Source: Dicyema japonicum | Taxonomy: Eukaryota; Animalia; Dicyemida | Length of the DNA: 42,261 nt | Direction: 5' to 3' | Assembly: GCA_011109175.1 (NCBI GenBank) | Contig: RDEW01000049.1 | Span: 21,032 to 63,292, forward strand | Part shown: positions 1 to 12,439 of the stretch, piece by piece | How the letters are laid out: the number at the start of each line of letters is the position of its first letter | How positions within the stretch are numbered: the first letter of the stretch is position 1 | Program-made: the position numbers and the translations under genes | Notes under the pieces: generated by a model | Database searches by the model: none | Told to the model about the DNA's origin: nothing | Seen by the model: only the letters and a program-made list of their open reading frames with translations

Positions 1-420
1 CCTATCTAGTTTGTTTAGATCTATCCGGGGAGTTCCACCAGAATCGGTGATGATCACAACCCTTTCAATGTATATTTGTCTTCGCACCCTTACCCACACA
101 ATATGAGTACAGAGATGGTTGTCTATGCATATTACATAGTATTCTGGGATTACTCGTAAAGATTAGATGTGCCGTGTCGGAAAATGAAGAGCGCTGTTGA
201 TAAATCTTACGCTGGTTGAGGTCACTAGGCGAACAAGATACTTTGGAGTGAGGAGCATATCGTCCTCGTAAGAGGCAGGATTGGTGGGATGAGGCTAATC
301 TGCACAGACGTGATGCATGGGCATAAGTGTTCAACGCTATAGTGCTGCCTATGCTCACACGTTGTGCGCATTCATGTAATCATAACGAGGATCGCGTAAA
401 CAGACTCGTTAATATGAGGA
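1..420 (+). mobile_element. Decayed non-LTR (RTE-like) reverse transcriptase C-terminal fragment
   Basis: + strand ~326-378 reads VFNAIVLPMLTRCAHSCN, resembling the post-RT motif (K)VFNAxVLPxLxYGxExW of RTE-type LINEs. There is no intact ORF. Confidence 0.35.
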
Positions 421-1555
421 AATTCTGGTGGTATTTAATTTGTTAATCTTTGAGGATGTCTAATAGAGCGACTGAATAATTATTAAAAGGAAAAGTTGGA
501 AGATGCAGCAAAATCCTATTTCGATAATTACTATGCTTTTTTTATATATTAGTTTTTTTCAATGTGAGGAAATTTTACAAACGCAATTCAAAATACAGAC
601 ATCTACGCTCATTAAAAACAATTTTTTTATTGATTGGTTGAACCTCTTTATGAATTCTTTTTCTCATACTCTAAAAGTAGCTTATTCTTAGTGAAGATAA
701 AGAAAAAACTGGAATTTGATTCGACTAATTTTTAGATAATTTGTGTCCCCCATAAATTTCTTAATCAAAGGTCTAAGATTGATAGTAAATCATAGATACT
801 GCGAGACAGGTTTTCTACAAGAGTCCCTGCATGTTATTACTTCTCTTTTTTGTACAGGCACGTGTTTAATGTTTTTATTAATTTCTTTTTATTGAAGACA
901 TTGGGTAACTGGTGGAAGATTTCCCCTCGTTATCTTGAGCGAAACTCTCTAAAGTCGAAAATAGTGTTTAAGAAAATCTTCCGGAAGGGCAGAAATCCGA
1001 CCCCCAAGTATATTCAGAAATTCACTGTCGAGGGTCATATGGCCTTGGAGGTCTCCAAGCGAGTATAATAAATTACATTCCATCATGTACTTCAACATAC
1101 TTATTCAACACTTAGAGTTCCATAGTGGACGAGAAGGTTTTATAGGATCTCTGAAGTGGTTGCTGAGGGCGAATATTGACAGAATCCGTACTTAACGCGC
1201 AACAATTCATTTGTCAATAACGTCATATGTCAAAATCATGTCAACAATATATCGATTAATTAAAACAAACTTAAAAATATTTTTTTACTCTACACGATTG
1301 TTTGATATAAGTTCCATAATTTTTTAAAACTTAATTATTCAATAAAAACTTGATCCCCTATATTACCATGATGAACATTCATCTTTTTTGTTCATCCTTT
1401 TAAAATAAGGTGAATTCAAATTTGGTTTTTTGAACTTAAGTTAAAAGTTTTCTAAATTTAAAATCATTTTTCTGACCCATTTCACAAGCAGACTTTGCAG
1501 CTTCATTATTTGTTTCTTCTAACGACTCATCATACTGAACGACATCAGTAATTAC

Positions 1556-2899
1556 TAGGGCAAGTTGTTTCTAGCAGTTAAAAAAAATTTTTTAGCGCTA
1601 AAAAATCACAAAATCTAGCAATTATAATTATAAAAATTAGCACTTAAAATGATAAAATCTAGCATTTAAAATTGTAAAATCTATATCTTAAAATAATAAA
1701 ATATAACATTTAAATTTTATTTATTGTAATATAATAAAAGTAATGCTTGATATAGTCTGGATGGAAGTTCCTATCCTTTTTTAAAATATTTTTAAGCATT
1801 TTAATAGCTCTTTCAACAGATACAGAGGATGCCTGACAGCGTGTACGAGAAAAATAATCTTGTTGGCTAATTTTTGGTTCAGTCATTTCAATAATAGGTT
1901 TAAATCCATTTGCCTCCATTTTTTATTTATATAATTTTTGATATTTGCCTTGTCATTATCAAAATTTAGTCCTTGTATATCATAATATGCCCGATTGATT
2001 GAGTAGTCACAACACTCCGAAAGTTTAAGAAGATCTATCATTTGCGAATACTTTAATATGATTTCCGTTAATTGAAACTTAATATCCGGATTGTTGACTG
2101 ATGTTTAGAATTTGATACTAAAACTCCATCTGACTGAAATGCGTTAACAATTTCAAAAATTATTTCGAAATTCATGAAATAATATTTCACTGCTTGAAAC
2201 CAACTTCCCCATCTGCATAAATTAAGCAAAAGAATACCGAGTAACTACCACATCAGGTGGGTATCCAACATCCTTGAACAAATTACGACGTTTTCGGTTT
2301 TTTACTNNNNNNNNNNNNNNNNNNNNNNNNNNNNNNNNNNNNNNNNNNNNNNNNNNNNNNNNNNNNNNNNNNNNNNNNNNNNNNNNNNNNNNNNNNNNNN
2401 NNNNNNNNNNNNNNNNNNNNNNNNNNNNNNNNNNNNNNNNNNNNNNNNACAATTGCATTAACAAAATTATACGCATATTGTTCTGATGTTTTAAAGACCG
2501 ATGAGAATCAACTGATAATTTTTTTGAACAGTTGACTTTGGATAAACAAAGAGAACAAAATAGAAGGCCATCGTCTGCAATACCGAACTCATCTTTGAAT
2601 TCCGAGACTATACGCTTAGCTTTCTTAATCAACGAACACTTTGGTTTTGGCATCACAAAAAATACTATATAGCGTGCTAAATTATTTTATTATCATTTTA
2701 TGGGTGATATTAAAATGATTTTTTAACTGCAATTTAAATTAGCATTAAAAAAATTAGCATTTAAAATCAAAAAAAGCACTTATAGCATTTATAATGTATG
2801 TTTTTTTTAACAAAATTAAAAAATAATTATTCCAAATTCAAATTTATATTAAAATAAGTATAAAAATAAAAATAGCATTTTAGCACTTAAATTGCCCTA
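1556..2899 (-). mobile_element. hAT-superfamily DNA transposon (CGGBP1/DUF659-type transposase), degenerate, spanning an assembly gap
   Basis: Inverted termini TAGGGCAAGTT (1556) and AATTGCCCTA (ends 2899), with imperfect 8-bp flanks GTAATTAC/CTTATTAC. Minus strand encodes an N-terminal zinc finger (MPKPK...LLFCSLCLSKV..KKLSVDSH), a middle PPDVVVTR|WGSW motif and a C-terminal CQASSVSVERAIKMLKNILKKDRNF dimerisation-type motif. Confidence 0.8.
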
Positions 2900-4179
2900 C
2901 TTATTACATTTATTCCAAATTAATGAGAAATTTGTTGTTTTAAGTCATTAAATGTATGTTCTTTTTTAACAAAATTAAAAAATAATTATTCCAAATTCAA
3001 ATTTATATTAAAATAAGTATAAAAATAAAAATAGCATTTTAGCACTTAAATTGCCCTACTTATTACATTTATTCCAAATTAATGAGAAATTTGTTGTTTT
3101 AAGTCATTAAATTTGCAGATATAAATGGGGTTCAGTCAACAATTTAATGTGACAGGAATCTCAATGAAAAAAGGCGCTACGTGTTATTGAGTTACCAGCA
3201 TGGCAAATTAGTTAAAGATTTATTTAAAAGAACTCTGACCAAATTAATTTCAAGTACCTTACAGAGAGCATGAATAAATTGAGAATCCCACTGTACTACG
3301 ACAAAAAAAAGAACATCCTTTCTTGTCGAGGAAAANTCATCCAGGGGCGACATATACTCCGGTGGAAAAGAGCTAATAGTTCTTTTTCGAGATGCTTTAA
3401 GAGCATTCTGAGCGCCTCCAGAATTGTGGTTTCTGGTGAACCGTATACGCGACGCTAAAAGCAACATTATTATTTTTTATTATGAAGCTTGCATTATTTT
3501 TTATTTAATTGTGTTTCCTATAAAAATAAAAATACTTAAAAGTTGAATTTAATTTGTTTGTTATGGATTATGCTACAGTAAGATCTGAAAGCATTTCAAT
3601 ATCAAAATATCGAAATGAAATCTTAGTCTAAACACGTCGTGTTTATGTGAAGATAACTTATATTGATACTACTAATAATGTTTATATTCTCATCAATATT
3701 ACTTTTATCCACATTTTATATACTACCACCTTTGCCCCGCCAAACAAGTATACTTCAATCTTTATCAAAAGAGACGTTATAGATTATTTAAAATTATATT
3801 GACCGTTCATTTTATCCTCGATTTTCTTCCTTTTAGTGATCAACGTGGGCTTCAGCAATTTTTTCTACGTGTTGCAGTAAGTCCAGGTTACTGATTTAGA
3901 TTCCGCGAGCGAATTAACCGAGTGTTGTCCCTCTTCTCAATGACCAGTGATGACATGAATTATATCGTTTTATTATAAAATGGCAATGTTCTACTTCGCA
4001 ACAATTTGGGGGACAATCGGAGGAATTATTCCGTCAGCGGATAATTTGTTTATTACGATTTGTAGCTTTTTTGTTGTAATGTGAATTGTTTTGTGTGGTT
4101 TATGTTTGTGGGGACTTGATAAAGGATTGAGTTATCGTATAATTCTGAGGTTCATGTCTTGACACTGGATTATTTTTTA

Positions 4180-4400
4180 AACGAAAAGGGTTTTTTCTCT
4201 AATCTTGGAGAGTTCTCCAATTTTCTCTCTCATTTCTGACATAAATAAGTTCCCCCAATTTTTAATTTGAATAAGAAAATTGGTGTATCGATGTCTCCTT
4301 GCATCTCCATCAAGAGGAGTTCGATAGGTCATGTCTACCTTGATTGGATGACAACATCAATTTTACTAGGGTTATAACTTGGTACACGATGGCTATGTTA
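4180..4400 (-). repeat. Dispersed repeat, inverted homologue of 8500-8745
   Basis: Its reverse complement aligns with 8540-8735 (gtagac..gatggaga..atgcaag.agacatcgata.accaat...aaaattgggggaactt.ttta.gtcaga...aattggag..ctctccaagattagagaa). Confidence 0.7.
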
Positions 4401-5025
4401 ATACCTATGTTAAATATACCTCCAAAATTCTTCGAATAACACTAAATTATATTTAAATCAGCCTGATACGACCTGCTATGTACCAAATCACAAACAAACC
4501 CTAGTAATTATGGTAAACTCTGGATTGACTTTTTGTTTATGAATGACGCTTTCTTATAGTAATCTGTCTGTTTATTTTTGGATTGAATAAAATTGTAGAA
4601 TGGATATTAGCGAGTATTTCGACTGATTGGAATTATTAAATATTCATATGCTTATGTAAACTTGGGAGTGAATTTAATTAACTAACCCCTTTTTGTCGTT
4701 TGAATGGTTGACGCCTTTCAAGTATTGTCTTCGTTTTTAACTTGCTCTCAGGCTGTTTAATCAAATGTTGGATCGAATAAAATAGTAGAATAGATAGTTT
4801 GAAGTGCGGCAANCTTTCAAGTATTGTCTTTGTTTTTAACTTGCTCTCAGGCTGTTTAATCGAATGTTGGATTGAATAAAATAGTGGAATAGATAGTTTA
4901 GAGTATGGCAAATGCGAAAAAATCTACATGCTTATGAAAAATGCGAGAGAGTTTTAACTATCTCAGTGGTGAATTAAAAGAAATGATCTGTAATTCAAAA
5001 TTATATATCCATTTGAGAGCTTATT

Positions 5026-5095
5026 GTCGGATGGTGCAGTGTCATAAGTGCCGGACAAGTCCTGAGAGGCCCAGGTTCGAATCATCAGAATAGGA
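5026..5095 (+). pseudogene. tRNA-derived relic or SINE head
   Basis: A-box-like TGGTGCAGTG (5032) and B-box GGTTCGAATC (5074) at tRNA-like spacing. The acceptor, D and T stems do not pair well. Confidence 0.4.
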
Positions 5096-6341
5096 CTCCT
5101 TAGTAATTATTATGCACACACGCAACAACAAGAAAGTTAATACAATGACGTCGCTTTTGCCGCACCGCGTTTACTTATTATAGCTGTTCTTTTGTCTAAT
5201 AAAGTGTGTGCCCTGCCATGCGGACTTAAATATTGTGGATTACGTGAAAAGGCAGTTATTATTATAGCTTATTTCTTAATGAGCAGAAGGGTGAAATCAT
5301 TCCTGATAGGACAAGTCCTGAATAATCAGAGTCTGAAGAAACGAGAATCTCGGATTTATTTTAAGAATAAACCAAAGTATTCATGTTAGTTATGTCTAGT
5401 GTGAGTATAAACCTACAAAATATTCCACAACAAAACAAACAAACATCACATCAGTGAAGAGTTCAGAATAATTGAAGTTTTAAGTGTTCGGCCTACTCAC
5501 TCTAGCTGAACAGGCATTGACAGTATTTTTGGAAGTTTGTCAGAACGAAATTGTCTGTATACGTAAAATAATGGACTTGGGAAATTCCTATTACAAACAA
5601 AAAGATGGCAATTCATCCGACAGATTTCAACCGTGTCTTCACATACTGACGGATTCGAGGAATGTAAACCAGTCACTTCAAAAGCACGTTTTTTGGAAAA
5701 CAATTTTATCATAAACTGTGGATGATGGCTATTCACATCCGCTGTTGAACAATCTTCGGTAATAGTTAGTATAGAGTCTCATTGCAGTTCTATTCCTTAT
5801 TTTATTGATGACTCAATTAATTCCTCCATGTATTCCAGAGTTTAAAAAACTAATTGGGACGAAACTGAATGATCTCATAAATTGTGTTTTCGTCAGTTTG
5901 TAACACTATTTATCAAACTTTTATTAATATAGTATTTCAAGCCATATTTCTCATCTGAATGCGCCTTTGGTTACCGTGCATATCTTGTACAAATTTGAGA
6001 AAAATTGAGGATGTACAAAAAAATGCTTACTGACTAACAGAGTGTCTTCACAGTAAGGTTGATCTGCCACTTGAATTTAGAGAAATTAACTCAAATAGCT
6101 AATATAGAACACGACACCACTAGGCAAATTATATGGTTATTTATTGTTTATTTTTTAGACATTCTTAATCCAAGCAAGAAATTAAACTAACTTTACATGA
6201 TAATGATGAATTTCATTAACATCCACGCATTTTTTCAATATTAATAAAAATAATTCAGACGATAATTTAAAAAAAATATAATTTTATAATATTTATATTT
6301 GAAAATTATTTTTTAATAAAAAATAGGCGGAATAAATTAAA

Positions 6342-7511
6342 ATGATCGGCCTGATTATCATTACTTGCCATTTATTTTTTAGTTACTTTAGTTCGTCTAT
6401 AATTCATTTCAAGTATGAATTAATGAATGATTCCATCAACAAGGATGAATATTATGAAATTCAGTGGAATAATTTCATAGAAAAATATAGTCAATATAAT
6501 TTTCACTTTAGATAAATCATATTCTGGACTTGAACTCCAAGTGAGAATTGCTATTTTTAAAGAAAAGCTAAGATTTATTAATAGTCACAATTTGCTTTCA
6601 AAGCAAGGAAAAGTTACGTATGAATTAGGAGTTAATCAGTTTGCTGACATGGTTAAATTACAATATATTTTTGTAGACAAGAAGAGAAATTATCAAACCG
6701 ACAAAATTATCTGGTTCGTATAATTTTTATGATTCATACGAAAATGAATTACTTGAAGATTACTCAGTTAACGAAAATAAATTAAAATATCCTTTATCTT
6801 TTAATTGGAGAAAGCAAAACTGTGTTACTGGAGTAAAAACGCAGGGAGTTAGATGCCTTTCGTGGTATGCATTGGGGGCGGTAATCGACTATTGAATATA
6901 TATTTAGTTGGCTACGTTGGAGTCGCATTTGGCAATCAAACACAATATTCTTGTAACTTTGAGTATACAAAACATTGTTGATTGTGTATATGTTCATGGT
7001 TGTGCTGGAGGAAATTCAATTAAAGTCTATAAGTACATAATGAAGAACTTAGGAATTAATTCTGAAAAGCGATATCCATATAAAAGAAAGGTTTTTTTTG
7101 AAAATAATGATGTAGGAAGGTAAATGCAATAATGGACAACCAAATATTAAATTTAATTTGACTAGGTATATAAAAATTAAGAATGGTGATGAAAAAATGC
7201 TTATGCATGTTCTCGTAAAGTCTGGTCCTGTTACTGTTGAATTTTATTCTTCCATGAATAGCTTTCATAATTATCATCGAGGTAATTATAAGTGAAACGT
7301 TTAAGGAATATACTACATAAAACATTGTTTTACTGATAAAACAGATCATGTAATGTCTGTTGTTGGTTATGGAGTTTCGAAGGGAAAAAAATATTGGCTA
7401 ATTAAAAATGGATGGGGAAAACATTGGGGAATTAATGGATACTTGAAACTGGCACGCGGGATGAATAATTGCAAATTTCCTTTAAATAGTATATATCCGA
7501 TAATCGAATAA
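6342..7511 (+). CDS. Cathepsin L-like papain-family (C1A) preproprotein; catalytic Cys replaced by Trp
   Basis: Six exons joined by GT-AG introns 6490-6511, 6652-6676, 6881-6907, 7091-7115 and 7282-7305. Motifs: hydrophobic N-terminus, ERFNIN-like ELQVRIAIFKEKLRFINSHN, GVNQFADM, PLSFNWR, KTQGVRCLSWYAL, LSIQNIVDC, GCAGG, DHVMSVVGYG and YWLIKNGWGKHWGINGY. Confidence 0.92.
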
Positions 7512-8499
7512 TTTATTTTTTAAATTGGTTAAAATTTGGTTTTTCGCAGATTAAATTGTTTTAATTATTTTTGATTAACAAATTAGATATAATTGTGATG
7601 TGTTATTATATAGTTGTCGTTTTTTAATTACTTAATATGCTTATCTTCATTTTTATTATGCACGGATAGTTAAGGCTTTTTCCTTGCTTCAGCTAACAAA
7701 AGATCTAACAGGACAACATTTGTTCTTCTTGGAGCTGAGGATTATTTATTTTTAGAGCATTCATTATTAAAATATGAGGAGTCATTTAGCTGATTGCTAT
7801 CCTTAATGAACCGCATCGCGAGAGGTATAGGATTAAAGATAAATGAGCTCGATTTGGCTTCTCCGTTTTCTGAGAATTGTGATGATGTAAGTTACTACCA
7901 CAGTGACATGATTTTTGTAAGAATGATAACCCTTTGTATGCGCAGAGTAGGATTAGCTGAATAATCTTTCGGAATAAGAATCTTTCAAGTAATTATAAAT
8001 TTAATAAAATATCTCCAATATCACCTATGCACTCATATATTCTTTATCATAATTTTATGATGATGAATATTCCGAACGAGTTTTGGAAATTTTTTTGAAG
8101 TAGATTTTTGTAAAATAATTTCCAAAACGCTTTACAGAATGGGTATATGACTTTGAATCAAAGCTTCGGTTCAATTTCGATAGTTCATCAATTTTTATTT
8201 GCCAAGAAGTCTGCCCGTCATGATGTTATCTCTTTTGAGAGACGCGTACTATGCAGATTTCTGTAGGTCTTTAGCATAGCTTACCTCCAACAGGCTTAGA
8301 AAAAGTCCTAGCTGCAATACAAAAGTCAATTAATAATTCCCTTGCCTTCGACAAGATTTTAATGACCTTATTCTATAAAAGAGACTGTTAGGATTTATAA
8401 GTGTATCCTATGGTTGAATACGTTTCTACGGGTTTGAAGAAGGTGGAACTGGTATTATTAACACAGTTTGTTAACAACAAAAATTCCTGTGTGTATAAT

Positions 8500-8745
8500 G
8501 TGTAGCGACTAGCCTTAATGCCATGGCATACACCTAGTACGATTAATTTCGTCATCCAAACAAGGTAGACTTGACCTCCCGACCTCCACTTGATGGAGAC
8601 AGGAGATACAAGGAGATAGGAGATGCAAGTAGACATCGATATACCAATATCTTTAAAATTGGGGGAACTTGTTTAAGTCAGACATGAAGAGGAAATTGGA
8701 GCCCTCTCCAAGATTAGAGAAGAAACCCTCTTCTTATGGAAAATA
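8500..8745 (+). repeat. Dispersed repeat, homologue of 4180-4400
   Basis: Aligns by eye with the reverse complement of 4180-4400. Confidence 0.7.
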
Positions 8746-8748
8746 ATN

Positions 8749-8975
8749 GAGTGGCGTCATGTGATCCACCTGTCTAGGTGGCGCCCAGTGCCAGGCACGA
8801 AAAAGGATCGTTTGCTCTCCCCCACTCCACTGGAGGGGTTTCCACAACTGCATGTAATGGACGTCTTACCTTTTATGCTGATTCCGGATGGACTCTCTGT
8901 AGAAGTGTAAACTGGATACACTTAATTAGTTGTTTACTTTAACTTCTTTATCTGTGTATCCGAGTTAATAAATAA
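8749..8975 (+). mobile_element. Short bipartite non-autonomous retroelement (SINE-like), copy A
   Basis: Highly similar to 16686-16895. It has a 5' structured motif, a 3' stem GGATACAC(8914)/GTGTATCC(8954) and an AATAAATAA tail. Confidence 0.7.
8753..8810 (+). ncRNA. HDV-like ribozyme-fold motif, copy A
   Basis: P1 GGCGTC/GGCGCC, P2 TGATCC/GGATCG, P3 ACC/GGT, short P4 TGC/GCA and J4/2 CGAA, in the HDV nested double-pseudoknot order. Confidence 0.6.
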
Positions 8976-8999
8976 TAGTGGTTAGTGCTGGTTGCTCTG

Positions 9000-9245
9000 G
9001 GTTCTGGTTTCATCAAATCCTAGGAGGCATCTGATGATCTACTTTTCTTAAGAGACATTCCTGGGCGGTATCCAAGAAGGATCTATCTCTTCCCTACTCC
9101 AGTGAAAAGCGGATATGGATGGACGTGATCCTCGTACAGGATGCGTCTCCGTTTGACCGTGGTAACTGGATATACCGATAAATTAGACTTTAATTTACTG
9201 TTAACCCCTTTCTGGTATATCCTGGGTTATTACTATTATTATTAA
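9000..9245 (+). mobile_element. 3' end of a related non-LTR element
   Basis: GGTAACTGGATA... block homologous to the 3' ends of copies A and B, with stem GGATATACC(9168)/GGTATATCC(9214) and a (TAT/TAC)n tail. Confidence 0.55.
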
Positions 9246-10729
9246 AAAACACTCCCGAAAAACATAAAATTAGTTAAGTTTCCCTTGTGCCGTATTCCTA
9301 ATCATCCTCTCCGTCAGCCTCGACCATGATCTTCTGTTGCGCGCTAGTTCTCTTAGGTAGTCTAGGTCGTCCGCCATTTCCATTATAATGTTAAATGCTG
9401 CCCACACTCTTGTAACACAGTGAATCAGGTCCTGATGGACTGCAAATCCGAGACCATAATGTCTGCAGGCCGATGAGAGGGTAAAAAGGTGGAATTTTCT
9501 AAACAGTTCTGTAAATTGTACGGTCGTTTTTGTCTCTTGTAGACAGCAGACAGAGACGTCGTATTTAGTTAGATCTCATGCCAGTTGATGTTTCTTGTAA
9601 GATTGTTTAAGTCCTTTGCAATTAAAAGATCCCAGAGTGAATGGAGAAGTCGGTAAGGAATCCTGAGTTATTAAATAAGTTATAGGACATTATATTAGTA
9701 ATTTTGTTGTTTTTTATATTTGTTAGGAGTGTTTTTTAATGTAACAGTTCACTGTTTTCTATGATGTGAGTGAGGGGACGTACGGTCAATCACTAGTAAT
9801 CAGAAAGGCTTTTGATATTTTTATCTCCCCATATAGATGCGAGGTCGAGGCTTGGAAACGTACACTTAAGGAGGGATAAAAGATGTCTTCAATCTGATTA
9901 CCAAGTTTTTCAAGAAGAGAGTACGAGTGATGGTGCCCGTTGATTGTCTCAAACAGTCAACATTTAAGGGAAGGACTGTGCTAAAAAATGTCAATCCGCA
10001 ATTGAAAAATGCGACAAAACAAGCCAGCGTCAATAGCAGTATGACTAAGATTTTAACATAACATTAAAGGACACCGTGAAATGGAAAAAAAATATTCTAA
10101 TTNGAAGGACTGTGCTAAAAAATGTCAATCCGTAATTGAAAAATGCGATAAAACAAGCCAACGTCAATAGCAGTATGACTAAGATTTTAACTTAACATTA
10201 AAGGACACCGTGAAATGGAAAAAAAATATTCTAATTGTTCGAAAGGTGGGGGTAGTGACGTACCTCTATTGCACGGAATATCTTCATGATTGATGAATGC
10301 CCACGTCTTTCTTTGAGCATGGATGATATGACGAACTCAGAAGACACCAGAAACCATAAGTTCAGAATGAATGCGCTGGATGTACGTAGGATCCGGGTAT
10401 GAGCCTTACCCCACCAAAATNACGTAGGATCCGGGTATGAGCCATGACCCACCAAAATTGATGAGCTTGGAGGATTCAAAGTTACACGTTTATGATGTTA
10501 GTTAATTCGATGTTGATAATAACGCAGAGAAAACGATATTTCGGTTACTAGTATCTGAGTCTAGTGGTCGTTGGTCTTATACTGTGATCAGGGGATATCT
10601 GGGTTGCGGTGATGTTAATATCGTTTGCTAGGGATGATTGTCAACCCTCTACCTTCGACATAGAATGATCTCCCTACTGATGCACATCGTTCCTTATTAT
10701 AATCGGTGGACTCATGTAAGTTATAAATT

Positions 10730-11306
10730 ATAACTTTATATAATTTTTTGCCTTGTCATTATCAAATTGTAGTCCTTGTGTATCATAATATGCCCGATTG
10801 ATTGAGTAGTCACAACACTCCGAAAGTTTAAGAAGATCCGGATTGTTGACATGATGTTTAGCATTTAATACTAAAACTCCATCTGACTGAAATGCGTTAA
10901 CAATTTCAAAATTCATGAAATAATATTTCACTGCTTGAAACCAACTTCCCCATCTGCATAAATTAAGCAAAAGAATACCTAGTAACTACCACATCAAGTG
11001 GGGGGTATCCAACATCCTTGAACAAATTACGACGTTTTCGGTTTTTTACTGTAGCAGCTTTAATGCTTGCAATTAAGCCATCTATTTCCGAATATGCACA
11101 CTTTATACGTAAAATCGTATTGTGTGACAAATGCAATTTAAATTAGCATTTAAAAAAAAGTTAGCATTTAAAATTAAAAAGCACTTATAGCATTTATAAT
11201 GTATGTTCTTTTTTAACAAAATTAAAAAATAATTATTCCAAATTCAATTTTATATTAAAATAAGTATAAAAAATAAAAATAGCATTTTAGCACTTAAATT
11301 GCCCTA
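10730..11306 (-). mobile_element. Second, deleted copy of the hAT element at 1556-2899
   Basis: Near-identical to 1925-2306 and 2730-2899. It ends in the same AATTGCCCTA terminus and encodes WGSWFQAVKYYFMNFE. Confidence 0.85.
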
Positions 11307-11749
11307 CTTATAATCTACCTTAATCTCACATCGCCGAAATCCGGGTCCCTCCAATATCCGCGGAGTATATCTATTAGTTCCCATATAGTCCAGGTAGAGG
11401 AGATGACGATTGGTCTGGGGGATTTTCATGTGAGCCATTTCCCAGCTCCACCATCAGATTTGACATCTGAGTATTAATCCAGTCGTTTCTCGACGGTAAG
11501 ACTTAAAGACTAAACTCATTGGGATTCGAAATAAAACCTTCATGGTTATGTAGTCCACACGTGCTATAAGACACAGTTAAGTTCCCCTGTAAGTCAGTCA
11601 CTAGTAAGTGGAAGCTTAAGGTGATCTGATGCACTATGGAATAGCTCTAGTACATTTATTGCCTTAATATCCTCAAAGTGGATATAATCTCTCGTTTCCC
11701 TTCTTAACTCGGAGAACGTACCGAAAAGAACCATTTCTCTTCCCCATCC

Positions 11750-12427
11750 AGGCTACTCGTATAAATTTTCATTTTTCCAATTAAGTCAACTGCGGGATAT
11801 TTTGACATTATTTTCATTGTACAATTTTGTAGCAAATAAAAAAAACAAGTAATATGAAAAATTTTATTATTTTCATTTTTCACTATCTTGCCAGCCTTCA
11901 CAATATAAGGAGCCGCTAATAAGTAAAATCAAATTTGAAATTTTTAATAAGAATTTATCAAAAACATCTCCAATGGTTGGAATTATAGCATTCGAATATG
12001 AATTAATAGCTGATTTCATAATGTTTTTCTTCTTTTTCTTCAGAAAGAAAAGGTTGAGTGGTCTCTATACTTTTTTGGCATTGTGTCTGATGTCTACTGC
12101 CATTAGGATGTTGATCGATGTAGCATTGTTTAGATGATTTTACTATCTGAGCATTTTTGGCAAAAAATAAATCTCCTTTAGGTGCTCTTGTAAATATTTA
12201 TGAGTTTCTGGAAATTGCTTTTGAAATTCGTTCCTTATTTTTTCCTCTGTATTTTAATGTTTGATAAAATAAAAACCTCATTAAATGAAGGCACAACAAA
12301 AAACAATTTATAATTTGTAATTTAAAATTAAATGAAAAAAATACTAATAAAATTAAAAAAATAATTATAAAAATTATGTCCTATTTTAGGACAATTTTAT
12401 ATTTGAAATAGGACAATTTCCGCCCTA
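11750..12427 (-). mobile_element. Different CGGBP/DUF659-type hAT subfamily fragment
   Basis: Terminus GCCCTA at 12422-12427. Minus strand encodes a degenerate zinc finger (..SSKQCYIDQHPNGSRHQ) and AAPYIVKAGKIVKNENNKIFHITC..LLQNC, matching the DAAPYMxKAG...HxTCxAHxLH motif. Confidence 0.75.
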
Positions 12428-12439
12428 CTGATTACTCAA

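Noticed and set aside
5026-5095. Functional tRNA gene
   Set aside because: A and B boxes are present but no complete cloverleaf can be formed.
9025-9060. CTGATGA/CTGAGGA hammerhead cores here and near 30692
   Set aside because: No properly placed stem II followed by GAAA.
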